Below, in pieces: positions 31,501 through 40,644 of a stretch of DNA of 64,000 bases (position 1 is its first letter; each line of letters opens with the position of its first letter). The stretch is from positions 146,261-210,260 of the forward strand of contig CBDHEC010000051.1 in NCBI GenBank assembly GCA_965261975.1, read 5' to 3'. Both the position numbers and the translations under genes were made by a program. The DNA comes from Alphaproteobacteria bacterium. GTDB lineage: Bacteria > Pseudomonadota > Alphaproteobacteria > UBA6615. The notes below the pieces were generated by a model that did no database searches, was not told the DNA's origin, and saw only the letters and a program-made list of their open reading frames with translations.

Positions 31501-32054
31501 ACCAACAGATGTTGGAGGACGCGGTTGCGGCAGCGCGCGAGGCCGGCGCGGGCACGCTCCCTACCGACGAGTGGACCCCTGTTATCTCCATTGGCGCGCC
31601 GATCTTGATCCCCGATAACTACGTGGCCGATCTGGGTGTTCGGCTGGGCCTTTACCGGCGCATCGCGTCCCTGGTGCAGCCGGAGGAGATTGAGGGATTC
31701 GCCGCCGAGTTGATCGACCGTTTCGGCCCGATCCCGAACGAGGTCGAGAACCTGCTTGAGGCCATCACCCTGAAGGGTCTGTGTCGCGATGCGGGTGTCG
31801 AGAAACTTGATGCCGGCCCCAAGGGGGCAGTGGTCACATTCCGGGACAATAATTTCTCAAATCCAGCCGGACTCGTGGCCTTCATTGCCAAGGAATCCGG
31901 AACCGTCAAACTCCGTCCCGACCACAAGCTTGTTTACCGCCGCGACTGGACGGACCCGAACAAACGTTCGGTGGGCGTGCGTCGTTTCATGCGAAACCTG
32001 TCCGCCGTCGCGGCGGCCCCGGAAGGCACGACAGGCGAGTTGTCGGCGGGTTAG
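28530..32054 (+). CDS. mfd: Transcription-repair coupling factor
   Basis: UvrB-like N-terminus, CarD/RID (VHADHGIGRY), CGDVGFGKTEV, DEEQHFGV, TRCF C-terminus. Confidence 0.98.
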   Translation: MLLNHNFTWGEPGSVTRFTGVPDGCDALLLAELLGQAKQPLLHVSSDDLGMNRLAESVAFFAPDARILKFPAWDCLPYDRVPPRAELVAERMATLGTLARGGETDKDTDEPSLILTTVAAVLQRVPPRDHIRDSHIELIPGRTVDFSLVMAFLAANGFHRTETVREPGEFASRGDIIDLFPPGYPEPVRIDLFGDEIEGLRCFDPLSQLTTRSLDRLTLLPASEILLDEAAIARFRSSYRSRFGAVRGDDPLYEAVSEGVRHPGMEHWLPLFYEAPETLFDYVEGPVILGAQTPDAMTDRFDQITDYFSARVNAPDRAEGEAPYNPLPPDALYLGPDEWEDLRETRHAIDFDVFEAPVSGMESNSVGGRRTVDFAEARNRADTNLFDAVRTRITNEQGEGQAIVIACYSNGSRDRLTQLLIDHDVDRATPVSNWEAVLSAGPDQISVCVLPVDNGFSVPGRTVYSEQDILGDRLVRRRRATKPSEHLISEMSSLSMDDIVVHADHGIGRYDGLETLEIGGAPHDCLRLVYAGDDKLYLPVENLDLLSRYGSEEAGAQLDKLGNASWQARRAQVKNRITEMADKLMALAAERELRHAPKLTPPAGLYEEFCARFPFAETEDQNRAINDTVESLGAGKPMDRLVCGDVGFGKTEVSLRAAFVTALNGRQVAVVVPTTLLARQHYQTFKDRFAGLPVKVAQLSRLTAGKEAEVVRTGLEEGQIDIVIGTHALLSQSIAFRDLGLLVVDEEQHFGVAQKERLKGLGSDVHVLTLTATPIPRTLQLALTGVRELSLIATPPVDRLAVRTFILPYDGVTIREAIMREHFRGGQSFYVCPRLADIERLQQRLKDLVPEVTVGVAHGQMPARALEDVMTAFYDRKYEVLLCTNIVESGLDVPSANTIIVHRSDMFGLSQLYQLRGRVGRSKSRAYAYLTLPNDRTLSETARRRLDVMQTLDTLGAGFSLASHDLDIRGAGNLLGEEQSGHIREVGVELYQQMLEDAVAAAREAGAGTLPTDEWTPVISIGAPILIPDNYVADLGVRLGLYRRIASLVQPEEIEGFAAELIDRFGPIPNEVENLLEAITLKGLCRDAGVEKLDAGPKGAVVTFRDNNFSNPAGLVAFIAKESGTVKLRPDHKLVYRRDWTDPNKRSVGVRRFMRNLSAVAAAPEGTTGELSAG

Positions 32055-32059
32055 GGCAG

Positions 32060-32701
32060 CTATTCCGCCGCCAGACCGACACCGGCCAGATCGAAAAGCG
32101 GAAAAAACGCTTCGGGTTCCTGCGCACCGGAAATCGCGTAGTCACCATTCACCACATAGCAAGGCACCGCGTTGATACCCATGCGCCGGGCACGCAGATC
32201 CTCTGCCAGTACGGTGTCGCGATCATCGTCGCAGGCCAGAAACGCTGCCGTGGCGTCTCGGTCCAGCCCGACCATAAGCGCGATCCTCAAGAGGGTCAGA
32301 TCATCCCCGATATCTTCGCCATCGAAGAAGAACGCCTGGAACAGGGCTTCGACCACGGCCTCCTGCGCCCCGAACCTGTCCGCATAGCACACGAGCCGGT
32401 GTGACTGGATCGTGTTCGGCATACGCGGAATCGCATCGAAATCGAACGCGATGCGTTCGGAATGGCCCGCGCGCGCGATCGTTGCGTAGACGCCGGCAGC
32501 ACGATCCGGGCCGCCGTATTTCGTGGCGAAATAACGCTCGCGCTCCATGCCCGCCAGCGGCATATCCGGGTTGAGCTGGAACGCATGCCATTTGATCGTC
32601 GCGACAACGTCGTCGCGCGCCGCCAACGCACGTTCGAGGCGTCGCTTGCCGATGAAGCACCAGGGGCACACCGTGTCCGAATAGATATCGATCTGGATCA
32701 T
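32060..32701 (-). CDS. DsbA family oxidoreductase (FrnE-like)
   Basis: IDIYSDTVCPWCFIGKRRL, FQLNPDMP, ISGAQ. Confidence 0.92.
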   Translation of the reverse strand: MIQIDIYSDTVCPWCFIGKRRLERALAARDDVVATIKWHAFQLNPDMPLAGMERERYFATKYGGPDRAAGVYATIARAGHSERIAFDFDAIPRMPNTIQSHRLVCYADRFGAQEAVVEALFQAFFFDGEDIGDDLTLLRIALMVGLDRDATAAFLACDDDRDTVLAEDLRARRMGINAVPCYVVNGDYAISGAQEPEAFFPLFDLAGVGLAAE

Positions 32702-32824
32702 GCCGGAAATCTGCGACGCCGACGACAGCGGGTCAAGTACGGGAGCGGTCGGCCTCGCCACGAACTAGACTTCTCTGGCTGTGTCGCCATGGGCCATAAT
32801 CGGCCCGAGGGAAGGGGAGCCGAC

Positions 32825-33541
32825 ATGATTCTCGAACATCGTGCCTACACCATGAAGCCCGGCCTGCGGGAACGTTTCTACGAAACCCAGGTCGAACGGG
32901 GATTCGACGCCGTGCGCCCCGTCATCGACCGGGTCATCGGGTATTTTTCGACCGTCAGCGGACCGGCGGATCAGGTCGTCCACCTCTATGCGTTCGATTC
33001 CCTGGACGACTGGCAAACCCGGCTGCACGGGCTCTACGGCGTGCCCGAGCTGGAGCCCTACTTCCTCAACGTTCGCCCGCTGATGCTAACGCAGGAGAAC
33101 CGAATACTCCTGCCGGCCCCCGTGGCGGCGCTGACCCCGCATTTCTCGGCAGAATCCTACTGGACTCCCGGCGACCCGCCTCTGGCCGACCCGACGACGA
33201 ACCGCGACCTGCTGATCGAGGAACAGATCGTCAGCCTGACGCCCGGCTCTCTGGGCCGTTACTGGGAGCTGATCGAACGATACGGTGTTCCGGCCATGTC
33301 GCCGCTGGAGACCAACATGATCGGCAGCTTCCACATGATGGCCGGGCCCCTTCACCAAGTTTACCACTACTGGTTCTTCGACGGTTTCGACGACCGGACA
33401 CGTCGGCACAACGCCGTCCGCGTGAACCCGGACTGGATCAAGTTTCAGGATGAAATCCGGCCCAATGTCGCGAGCCAGGAGAGCAAACTCATGGTTCCGG
33501 CGCCGGTCGCGGAAATGGTGCCGCTGTTTCGTGTGCCGTAG
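32825..33541 (+). CDS. Tandem NIPSNAP-domain protein
   Basis: Two repeats (EHRAYTMKPG...GP.DQVVHLY and EEQIVSLTPG...GPLHQVYHYW); GGAG RBS. Confidence 0.8.
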   Translation: MILEHRAYTMKPGLRERFYETQVERGFDAVRPVIDRVIGYFSTVSGPADQVVHLYAFDSLDDWQTRLHGLYGVPELEPYFLNVRPLMLTQENRILLPAPVAALTPHFSAESYWTPGDPPLADPTTNRDLLIEEQIVSLTPGSLGRYWELIERYGVPAMSPLETNMIGSFHMMAGPLHQVYHYWFFDGFDDRTRRHNAVRVNPDWIKFQDEIRPNVASQESKLMVPAPVAEMVPLFRVP

Positions 33542-33583
33542 TGACCGATTTGTCACGGGTTCGTAACAATCCCTGGGTAACCA
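33539..33583 (+). promoter_or_regulatory. Pho-box-like (OmpR/PhoB family) triple direct repeat plus -10 element upstream of arsC
   Basis: TAGTGAC-cgat-TTGTCAC-gggt-TCGTAAC at 11-bp period, then 10 nt, then TAACCA. Confidence 0.5.
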
Positions 33584-33614
33584 GAACCAAACATGTATCG
33601 GCCACCCATGGAGC

Positions 33615-34130
33615 GTGACGGTGAGCAGCAAAACCTACAATGTACTCTTCATCTGCACCGGCAACTCGGCGCGCAGCATCCTTGCTGAGGCAATCCTAAA
33701 CCGGGCGGGCAACGGCGCCTTCAACGGATTCAGTGCGGGGAGCCACCCAACGGGTGCCGTAAACCCTCACGCCATGGAGTTGCTGAAGAGCCTCGACCAT
33801 CCAACCGAAAACCTGCGGTCAAAGGATTGGCAGGAGTTTGCTGCCGACGACGCACCCGCACTCGATTTTACGTTTACGGTGTGTGACAACGCCGCCGGTG
33901 AGGTCTGCCCTGTCTGGCTCGGCCGACCGATGTCGGCGCATTGGGGACTGCCGGATCCCGCTGCCGTGACCGGCACCAGGGCCGAAATCGCCGCAGCATT
34001 CACAGAAACCTATCGCGCGCTCAGCAATCGCATCGAGACCTTCATTAACCTACCGATCGCATCCCTCGATGCACTTTCCCTGAAAAATCACCTCGAGGAG
34101 ATCGGTCGTGATCAACCGGAATCGGCGTAG
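33615..34130 (+). CDS. arsC: Arsenate reductase, LMW-PTP type
   Basis: VLFICTGNSARS, FTVCDNAAGEVCPVW, AHWGLPDP; the real start may be GTG 33621. Confidence 0.93.
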   Translation: MTVSSKTYNVLFICTGNSARSILAEAILNRAGNGAFNGFSAGSHPTGAVNPHAMELLKSLDHPTENLRSKDWQEFAADDAPALDFTFTVCDNAAGEVCPVWLGRPMSAHWGLPDPAAVTGTRAEIAAAFTETYRALSNRIETFINLPIASLDALSLKNHLEEIGRDQPESA

Positions 34131-34133
34131 TAT

Positions 34134-34826
34134 TTGATCATGAACGATCACGATTTGCCGCGGCGGCTGGCCGCAGAATTTATCGGCACAGCTTTTCTCC
34201 TGGCGACGGTAGTTGGCTCCGGCATCATGGGAGAAACCTTATCCGGTGGAAATGTCGCCATCGCACTGCTCGGCAATACGATCGCCACCGGTGCTATTCT
34301 CGTTGTCCTGATCCTCGTTTTCGGCCCCATATCGGGTGCGCACTTCAACCCGGCGGTAACGCTAACTTTCCTGATTCGACGTGAAATCACGCCCGGTCAC
34401 GCGGTGATCTATGTGGTCGTTCAGATCGTGGCCGGCTTGGTTGGCGTCTATGTCGCGCATGTGATGTTCGGCGAACCGGCGTTCTCCGCATCACTTCACG
34501 CACGCGCCGGGATCGGCCAATGGACCGGTGAGTTCGTCGCCACATTCGGCCTGATCGCCGCGATACTTGGTTGCCTGCGTTTCCGGCCCGACGCCGTTCC
34601 CTATGCCGTCGGGCTGTTCATCACCGCCGGCTACTGGTTCACGTCTTCCACGTCCTTCGCCAATCCCGCCGTCACGATTGCGAGGTCTCTCACCGACACC
34701 TTTGCCGGGATACGGCCCGAAGACGCGCCGTTTTTCATCGCGGCGCAACTGATTGCTGCCGTCGTGGCGACGCTGGTCTTCACTTGGTTTGCCGCGGGTG
34801 ACAGCGACCAGCCGAATTCAAAATAG
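34134..34826 (+). CDS. MIP family aquaporin (arsenite channel, AqpS-like)
   Basis: SGAHFNPAVT and STSFANPAVT NPA boxes; directly follows arsC. Confidence 0.9.
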   Translation: MIMNDHDLPRRLAAEFIGTAFLLATVVGSGIMGETLSGGNVAIALLGNTIATGAILVVLILVFGPISGAHFNPAVTLTFLIRREITPGHAVIYVVVQIVAGLVGVYVAHVMFGEPAFSASLHARAGIGQWTGEFVATFGLIAAILGCLRFRPDAVPYAVGLFITAGYWFTSSTSFANPAVTIARSLTDTFAGIRPEDAPFFIAAQLIAAVVATLVFTWFAAGDSDQPNSK

Positions 34827-35822
34827 GCCAGCGCGCAATTCGATCGGTTCTGCATCCGTCAACCGGGCCGTGTCCGTCGGCGCCAGTTGATTGAATTCGA
34901 TCAACGCGCGTACTTCGTCGACATACGCCTCGCGCCGTTCGGAGTAGGCAATCAATCCCTGGACGAGCGCCAATCCGCGCGGCGTGGTTCCGGCATTGCG
35001 CGCATCCCTACGCAATTGCCGAAGGACCTTATAGGCCGGATTCGAGTTGAGGTTCTGCGCGTAACCACGAACGGAATCGAACGGTGTTTTGAAGCTCGCG
35101 ATCCGGTAATCGCCCAGCGCCTCACGCTGCTCTGCGGGTTTGAGACCCTTGCCATAGCGCCATTGGCCAAACAGCGCATTGCCCTCGACGGCGAACCGCG
35201 ACAGGGCGTAGGCGCTCTCGATCGCACCCTGGGCCAGGGCCAGTGAGGGCGGGATCACATCGACCCGCGCCTCGAGTGTCGCGAGCTGTGCCGCCGTGAG
35301 AGGTGTCTTTGCATCTGCCTTTTCCCGGTCGACGACGCCATAACGGGCCGCCAGATCGAACAACCATTTTCGATCTCCGGAGGCCAGGGCAGCCCCGGAT
35401 TGCTTTTCGCGCAAGCTTTCAAGCCGCGCCCGGTCGTCACGAATGTCACGATTGACCTGCAGGACCAGTGGCAGCAGCGTGCGGAAGAAGAGGCTTTTCT
35501 TCTGTTTGACGTCCAGCCCGTCGGCCCAATCATCCGGCACGGACGTGATGAACACAGGCGGCACCGATGCGTTGCCCGCGCGCAATGCCTGCATGGTGTA
35601 ACCCTGTTCGATGAAATAGCTATGGAGCTGCTCCGGAGACTTCAGCCGAACCGTCGAACCTCCCGCGGGGCCTACGGTAAACCAGGCCACGCCACCGAAC
35701 GCCAGCAACACGCATGCAGCGAGTGCCCAGCGAACCTCGTTCCGGGCAAAAACCCGGGTTAAGTATCCAGAAAACACCAATGCCAAGACCGCATCCTTTT
35801 CGGGGTTCGCAATTCGCCTCAT
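34818..35822 (-). CDS. Bax-like glucosaminidase-domain protein
   Basis: KKSLFFRTLLPL, IPPSLALAQGAIES...SRFAVEGNALFGQW, NLNSNPAY, YSERREAY. Confidence 0.85.
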   Translation of the reverse strand: MRRIANPEKDAVLALVFSGYLTRVFARNEVRWALAACVLLAFGGVAWFTVGPAGGSTVRLKSPEQLHSYFIEQGYTMQALRAGNASVPPVFITSVPDDWADGLDVKQKKSLFFRTLLPLVLQVNRDIRDDRARLESLREKQSGAALASGDRKWLFDLAARYGVVDREKADAKTPLTAAQLATLEARVDVIPPSLALAQGAIESAYALSRFAVEGNALFGQWRYGKGLKPAEQREALGDYRIASFKTPFDSVRGYAQNLNSNPAYKVLRQLRRDARNAGTTPRGLALVQGLIAYSERREAYVDEVRALIEFNQLAPTDTARLTDAEPIELRAGLF

Positions 35823-35935
35823 TGAGCGGATTCAATTTGGCGTTTTTGTGTCTGATTGCCTAAAGTCTGCCCCTCTGTATTCCGGCGACCAACCGTCGTC
35901 AAACAACCAAGAATATCCAATGGGAGGATTCCAAG

Positions 35936-36328
35936 ATGGCCGACGGCCCACCGACACGCACACAGATTCTCGAAGCCAGCGGCGACATGCTCAAATGGCA
36001 GGTCTATGTGGTTCACACGTTCCCGACCGATGGTCTGGGGCCCGTTATGGAGAATATCGGCCCGCATCTCGCCCATCAGGCGAAGATGGAGGAGGAAGGC
36101 ATCTTCGTTGCGGCAGGTCCTCACTGGGCCGATGACGAGGAAACCTGGGAAGGCGAGGGCATGTTTGTCGTACGCGCCCGCGATCTCGCACACGCGAACG
36201 AGATTGCCGCCGCCGATCCGATGCACACCAGCGGCGCGCGCTCGTATCGGGTCCGTCCCTGGCTGATCAACGAAGGCACCATCACGGTGAAGGTCAACTT
36301 TGCGTCTGGTGCACGCGAAGTTTCCTGA
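35936..36328 (+). CDS. YciI family protein
   Basis: HLAH, FVAAGP, AAADPMHTSGARSY.VRPW. Confidence 0.85.
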   Translation: MADGPPTRTQILEASGDMLKWQVYVVHTFPTDGLGPVMENIGPHLAHQAKMEEEGIFVAAGPHWADDEETWEGEGMFVVRARDLAHANEIAAADPMHTSGARSYRVRPWLINEGTITVKVNFASGAREVS

Positions 36329-36353
36329 TTTGAAACAACGGTTTATACCGCGC

Positions 36354-36380
36354 AACGGCCGTCCCCAAGGGGCGGCCGTT
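36354..36380 (+). terminator. Hairpin downstream of the yciI-like gene
   Basis: AACGGCCGTCCC/GGGCGGCCGTT imperfect stem with weak T-tail. Confidence 0.5.
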
Positions 36381-36498
36381 CGTATTTTCGCCGCAAATGA
36401 CGGAAAAAATGCTGGTATATGGCCAACTGCCAAACTTCTTGCGTAGTTCGGGATGAAAAATTCATTCCTCACGCAAAACGAGACAAGGCAGGCACACG

Positions 36499-37293
36499 AT
36501 GAAGAAAATTTTGATCGGACTGGGCGTACTGGTGGTCATTGTGGCGGTCGGGATATTTGTATTCCTCGGCAATCTCAACGACATCGTCCGCGCAGCGGTG
36601 GAAAAAGTCGGCTCCGATATGACCCAGACCAACGTGGTTCTGAATGAGGTCGATATCGAACTGACCTCCGGCAAGGGCGCGCTGCGCGGCTTCCGGGTGA
36701 CAAACCCGAGCGGCTTCAGCGACGACGATGCGTTCAAGTTCGACGAGGTAAGCGTCAACATCGACCTCGGCTCGGTCCGCAGCGACCCCGTGATCATCAA
36801 GGAGGTCATCATCTCCGGCCCCGAAGTCGTCTACGAGTTCGGCGACGACGGCGACAGCAGCCTCGACAAGCTGAACAAGGCGGTTCAGTCGAAGGCCGGC
36901 GGCGGCGGAGAGAAAAGCTCCGGCGGCGGCGATGCCCCGAACATCGTGATTGAGAACCTGGTCCTGCAGAACGGCAAGGTCGCCGTGATAGCTCCGCTCC
37001 TCAACGAAAAACTGTCTGTGCCGCTCCCGACAATCCGCATCAAGGACATCGGCAAGGACGGCAAGGGGGCCACACCTGAGGAAATCGCAACCCAGATCAT
37101 GGATGCGGTTCTGAAAGGTGCCCAGAATGCGGTCGCGAGCGCGAAGATCGATGTCGACAAGCTGACAGGCGCGGCCATGGAACAGGTCGAGAAGGCTGCG
37201 GACGATGCGACCAAGGCATTGGAAGACGCCACCGGTGGAGCCGGTGGTGCCGGCGACGCCGTGAAGGGCCTGATCAAAGGTTTCGGCAAGTAG
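36499..37293 (+). CDS. AsmA-like/DUF748-type membrane-anchored protein
   Basis: N-terminal TM anchor, VTNPSGFS, VIIKEVIISGP, LP.IRIKDIG. Confidence 0.7.
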   Translation: MKKILIGLGVLVVIVAVGIFVFLGNLNDIVRAAVEKVGSDMTQTNVVLNEVDIELTSGKGALRGFRVTNPSGFSDDDAFKFDEVSVNIDLGSVRSDPVIIKEVIISGPEVVYEFGDDGDSSLDKLNKAVQSKAGGGGEKSSGGGDAPNIVIENLVLQNGKVAVIAPLLNEKLSVPLPTIRIKDIGKDGKGATPEEIATQIMDAVLKGAQNAVASAKIDVDKLTGAAMEQVEKAADDATKALEDATGGAGGAGDAVKGLIKGFGK

Positions 37294-37323
37294 ACGCCGA
37301 CAACTTTCAAGTTAAGCAAGGTG

Positions 37324-37353
37324 AGGGCGGTCTTCGGGCCGCCCTTATTCTTT
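37324..37353 (+). terminator. Rho-independent terminator
   Basis: AGGGCGGTC-TTCG-GGCCGCCCT followed by TATTCTTT. Confidence 0.8.
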
Positions 37354-37463
37354 GGTCGGAGCGCGATTCCCTGCGCATTTGCCTGACACCATCACGAAGC
37401 GTCCTGTAGATTTCGGGCAGGCTCTCGCTCGAATCAGACAACCACCCCGATCACCATGGCGAC

Positions 37464-39254
37464 ATGACTGCTGCCTCTGAACAGATTCTCAATTCGACCT
37501 TCGGATTTCCCGAGTTCCGTCCCGGCCAGCAGGAGATTGTCGACCGCCTGCTCGCGGGTACCCACACCCTGTCTGTCATGCCCACGGGGGCCGGGAAATC
37601 GCTTTGCTACCAAATTCCGGCCCTCATCGCGGATCAGTTGACCGTCGTCGTCTCGCCGCTGGTCGCCTTGATGGACGACCAGGTTGCCGGTTTGCGTGCG
37701 AACGGTGTCGCGGCAGCGCGTATCCATTCGAACCGCCCACGCGAAGACAATGTTTCCGACTGGCGGCGCGTTCAGGATGGTTCGATCAAGCTGTTGTACC
37801 TGTCGCCCGAGCGGCTGATGACGGAACGCATGCTCACGGCATTGCAGGCCCTCGACCCGGCGATGTTCGTTGTCGACGAAGCCCATTGCATCTCGAAATG
37901 GGGGTTCAGTTTCCGGCCGGAATATGAGGCGCTTGCCAGCCTGCGCGACCATTTCCCCAAGGCCACGCTCAGCGCATTTACTGCCACGGCCGATACCGCG
38001 ACCCGGCAAGACATCGCGACCAAGCTATTCGGCGGGCAGGGCGACATCGTCGTTCGGGGCTTCGACCGTCCCAATCTGAATCTGGCCGTCACGCCCAAGA
38101 CCGACCGGAACAAGCAGCTCCTCGACTTCGTGGAAGCCCGGCGAGACGGCGCAGGCATTGTCTACTGCCTGTCGCGCAAGCTGACCGAGGAAACCGCCAA
38201 ACTACTCCACGAAAAAGGCTTCAAGGCGTTGCCCTATCATGCCGGGTTGGATCAGGAAGTCCGCCGGGAGAATCAGGAAATATTCATGGCCGAAGACGCG
38301 GTCATCATGGTCGCGACGATCGCCTTCGGAATGGGGATCGACAAGCCGGACATCCGCTATGTGTTCCACATGAACATCCCGGGCAGCATGGAAGCCTACT
38401 ACCAGGAAATCGGACGCGCCGGGCGCGACGGTAAACCCGCCGATGTTCATATGTTGTATGGGCTGGACGATATCCGCCTGCGCCGCCAGTTCATCGCACA
38501 GGATGAGGGCAACGAAGATCACAAGCGCCGCGAACATAAGCGCCTGGATTCGCTGCTGGCCTATGGCGAGGCAATAAGCTGCCGAAGGGTCGCGCTCCTC
38601 GCCTATTTCGGTGAAGAAACTCAGGCCTGCGGCAACTGCGATATCTGTCTCGACCCACCGACGCTCATTGATGGCACCAAGGAAGCGCAGATGCTTTTGT
38701 CCGCCGTCTCAGGTACCGGGCAGGTTTTCGGGGCGGCGCATATCGTGGACGTGCTGCGGGGCAGCGCATCGGAGAAAATTCTTGCGCGTAGGCATGACGC
38801 GTTACCGGTCTACGGAGCCGGGAAGGATCATCCAAAAAACTTCTGGACCGCCTTCATCCGCCAGGTCGTGGCCTCGGGTCATCTGTCTATCGATGTCGAA
38901 GGCTATGGCGGCTTGCAGCTGACCCAGAGCGCCGAAGCGATTATGCAAGGCGAGCAGGGTTATGAGTATCGCGACATCCCGAAGCCGAAAGCCAAGGGCA
39001 CAAAAAAGACCCGCGCGGCCGAAGCGGCTCTGGACGATGCGGACGCCGCGCTTCTCGCCGGCCTGAAGGCGTTGCGCCGCGATCTCGCACGCGAACGCAA
39101 GGTCCCGGCCTATGTGATCTTCTCCGACGCCACCTTGCACGACATGTGCGTGCTGAAGCCGAATGACCTGGATACACTGGCGCTGGTCAACGGCGTCGGG
39201 CCGAAGAAGCTCAAGGATTTCGGCGAGATGTTCCTGGCGGCCTTGAAGGCTTGA
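37464..39254 (+). CDS. recQ: ATP-dependent DNA helicase RecQ
   Basis: MPTGAGKSLCYQ, DEAHCIS, QEIGRAGRDG, Zn-binding CRR..CGNCDIC, RQC and HRDC (VPAYVIFSD). Confidence 0.97.
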   Translation: MTAASEQILNSTFGFPEFRPGQQEIVDRLLAGTHTLSVMPTGAGKSLCYQIPALIADQLTVVVSPLVALMDDQVAGLRANGVAAARIHSNRPREDNVSDWRRVQDGSIKLLYLSPERLMTERMLTALQALDPAMFVVDEAHCISKWGFSFRPEYEALASLRDHFPKATLSAFTATADTATRQDIATKLFGGQGDIVVRGFDRPNLNLAVTPKTDRNKQLLDFVEARRDGAGIVYCLSRKLTEETAKLLHEKGFKALPYHAGLDQEVRRENQEIFMAEDAVIMVATIAFGMGIDKPDIRYVFHMNIPGSMEAYYQEIGRAGRDGKPADVHMLYGLDDIRLRRQFIAQDEGNEDHKRREHKRLDSLLAYGEAISCRRVALLAYFGEETQACGNCDICLDPPTLIDGTKEAQMLLSAVSGTGQVFGAAHIVDVLRGSASEKILARRHDALPVYGAGKDHPKNFWTAFIRQVVASGHLSIDVEGYGGLQLTQSAEAIMQGEQGYEYRDIPKPKAKGTKKTRAAEAALDDADAALLAGLKALRRDLARERKVPAYVIFSDATLHDMCVLKPNDLDTLALVNGVGPKKLKDFGEMFLAALKA

Positions 39255-39255
39255 G

Positions 39256-40466
39256 TTACTCCGCCGGGTCCGGACGGTCGAACATATAGTCGCGAACGAC
39301 GGACATCCCGTCACGCTCGCGCGAGATCATCAGCTGGAACACCATGTTGGAGCCGTGCAGGAAGCCGAGTTCAACCGCGGAAAGATAGAACTCCCACATC
39401 CGGCAAAAGCGTTCGTCATAAAGCGCACACGCCGCATCGCGTTCGCCGCGAACCGCTCCCGCCAGTGCCGGATCGTGTGATAATAGTGCAGCCGCAGCAC
39501 TTCCATGTCGGCCACCCAGAGACCCAGACGTTCGGTCACTTCAAAGACTTCCGACAGCGCGGGCACATAGCCGCCAGGGAAAATATATTTGCGAACAAAG
39601 GGACCGGTGGTTCCCGGCGGCGTCATCCGTCCCACCGAGTGGACGAGGGCGAGGCCATCCGGCGTCAACAGGTCTCGAACCTGCCCGAAATACTCATCGA
39701 AATGTCCGATCCCGACATGTTCCATCATGCCGACAGAGACAACCCGGTCGAACTGGCCGGAGAATTCGCGGTAGTCCTGCAGCACAAACCGCACATTCGC
39801 ACCGACCCCCGCCGCATCAACCCGTTGTTGGGCGACGGCCATCTGGTCCGGCGACACATTCAGCGAGACAACGTCGGCCCCCGCGCGCGCCAGCTCGATT
39901 GCCAGGCTGCCCCAGCCGCCGCCGATCTCGCAGACCCTCATGCCCGGCTCGATCGCGAGCTTGCGAACGATGCGGGCGAGCTTGGCCTTCTGGGCCTCTT
40001 CCAGGCTGTCGTCGGGTGAATGGAAGAAGGCGCAGCTGTAGTTCATGCCTTCGTCCAGAAACAGCCGGTAAAGATCCTCCGACAGGTCGTAGTGATGCTG
40101 CGCCTGGTTTTTCGCCCGTTCGACGGAGTTTTGCTGTTGCCGCCGCCGCCGGGCGCGCCAGATCCGGCGCAGGGTTCCCTGTACCGGGTGCGCACCAAGC
40201 GCCTTACGGTTGATCGAGAACAGGAACAGCAAGTCGTGGATGGTCGTGCCGTCCTCGCAGGTCAGCGTGCCAACCATATAGGCTTCGGCGGCGACCAGTT
40301 CCGGGTTGAAAAACAACTGCCGCGCGACGGCCCGGTTGTGCAGGCGCAGCGAAACCCGCACCACATCGTTGCCATCGCCGAATTCATGCGTCGCGCCTGA
40401 AGCATCCTGAATGACCAGCGTGCCACGGCGCACGAAAGACCGGAGGAGGTTAGCGAGAAGACGCAC
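39256..40466 (-). CDS. cfa: Cyclopropane-fatty-acyl-phospholipid synthase (1-nt deletion at about 39441, probably a sequencing error)
   Basis: HHYDLS, YSCAFF, EIGGGWG, YIFPGG; the conserved YDERFCRMWEFYL continues in the adjacent frame to TAA at 39256. Confidence 0.9.
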
Positions 40467-40554
40467 AAAGCACCTGCGTGTTGTGATCCTTCGAGCCTAG
40501 CCGAAATGCCGTGGATCGGGAACGGTCATCGGAGAAACCGAATGGTCGAAAGTT

Positions 40555-40644
40555 TGGCGGAGGGGGTGGGATTCGAACCCACGAGACGCTTGCACGCCTG
40601 CCAGTTTTCAAGACTGGTGCCTTCAACCACTCGGCCACCCCTCC
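40555..40644 (-). tRNA. tRNA-Ser (anticodon UGA)
   Basis: GGAGGGG/CCCCTCC acceptor, CCAGT-CTTGAAA-ACTGG anticodon arm, long variable arm, GCCA end, 90 nt. Confidence 0.97.
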
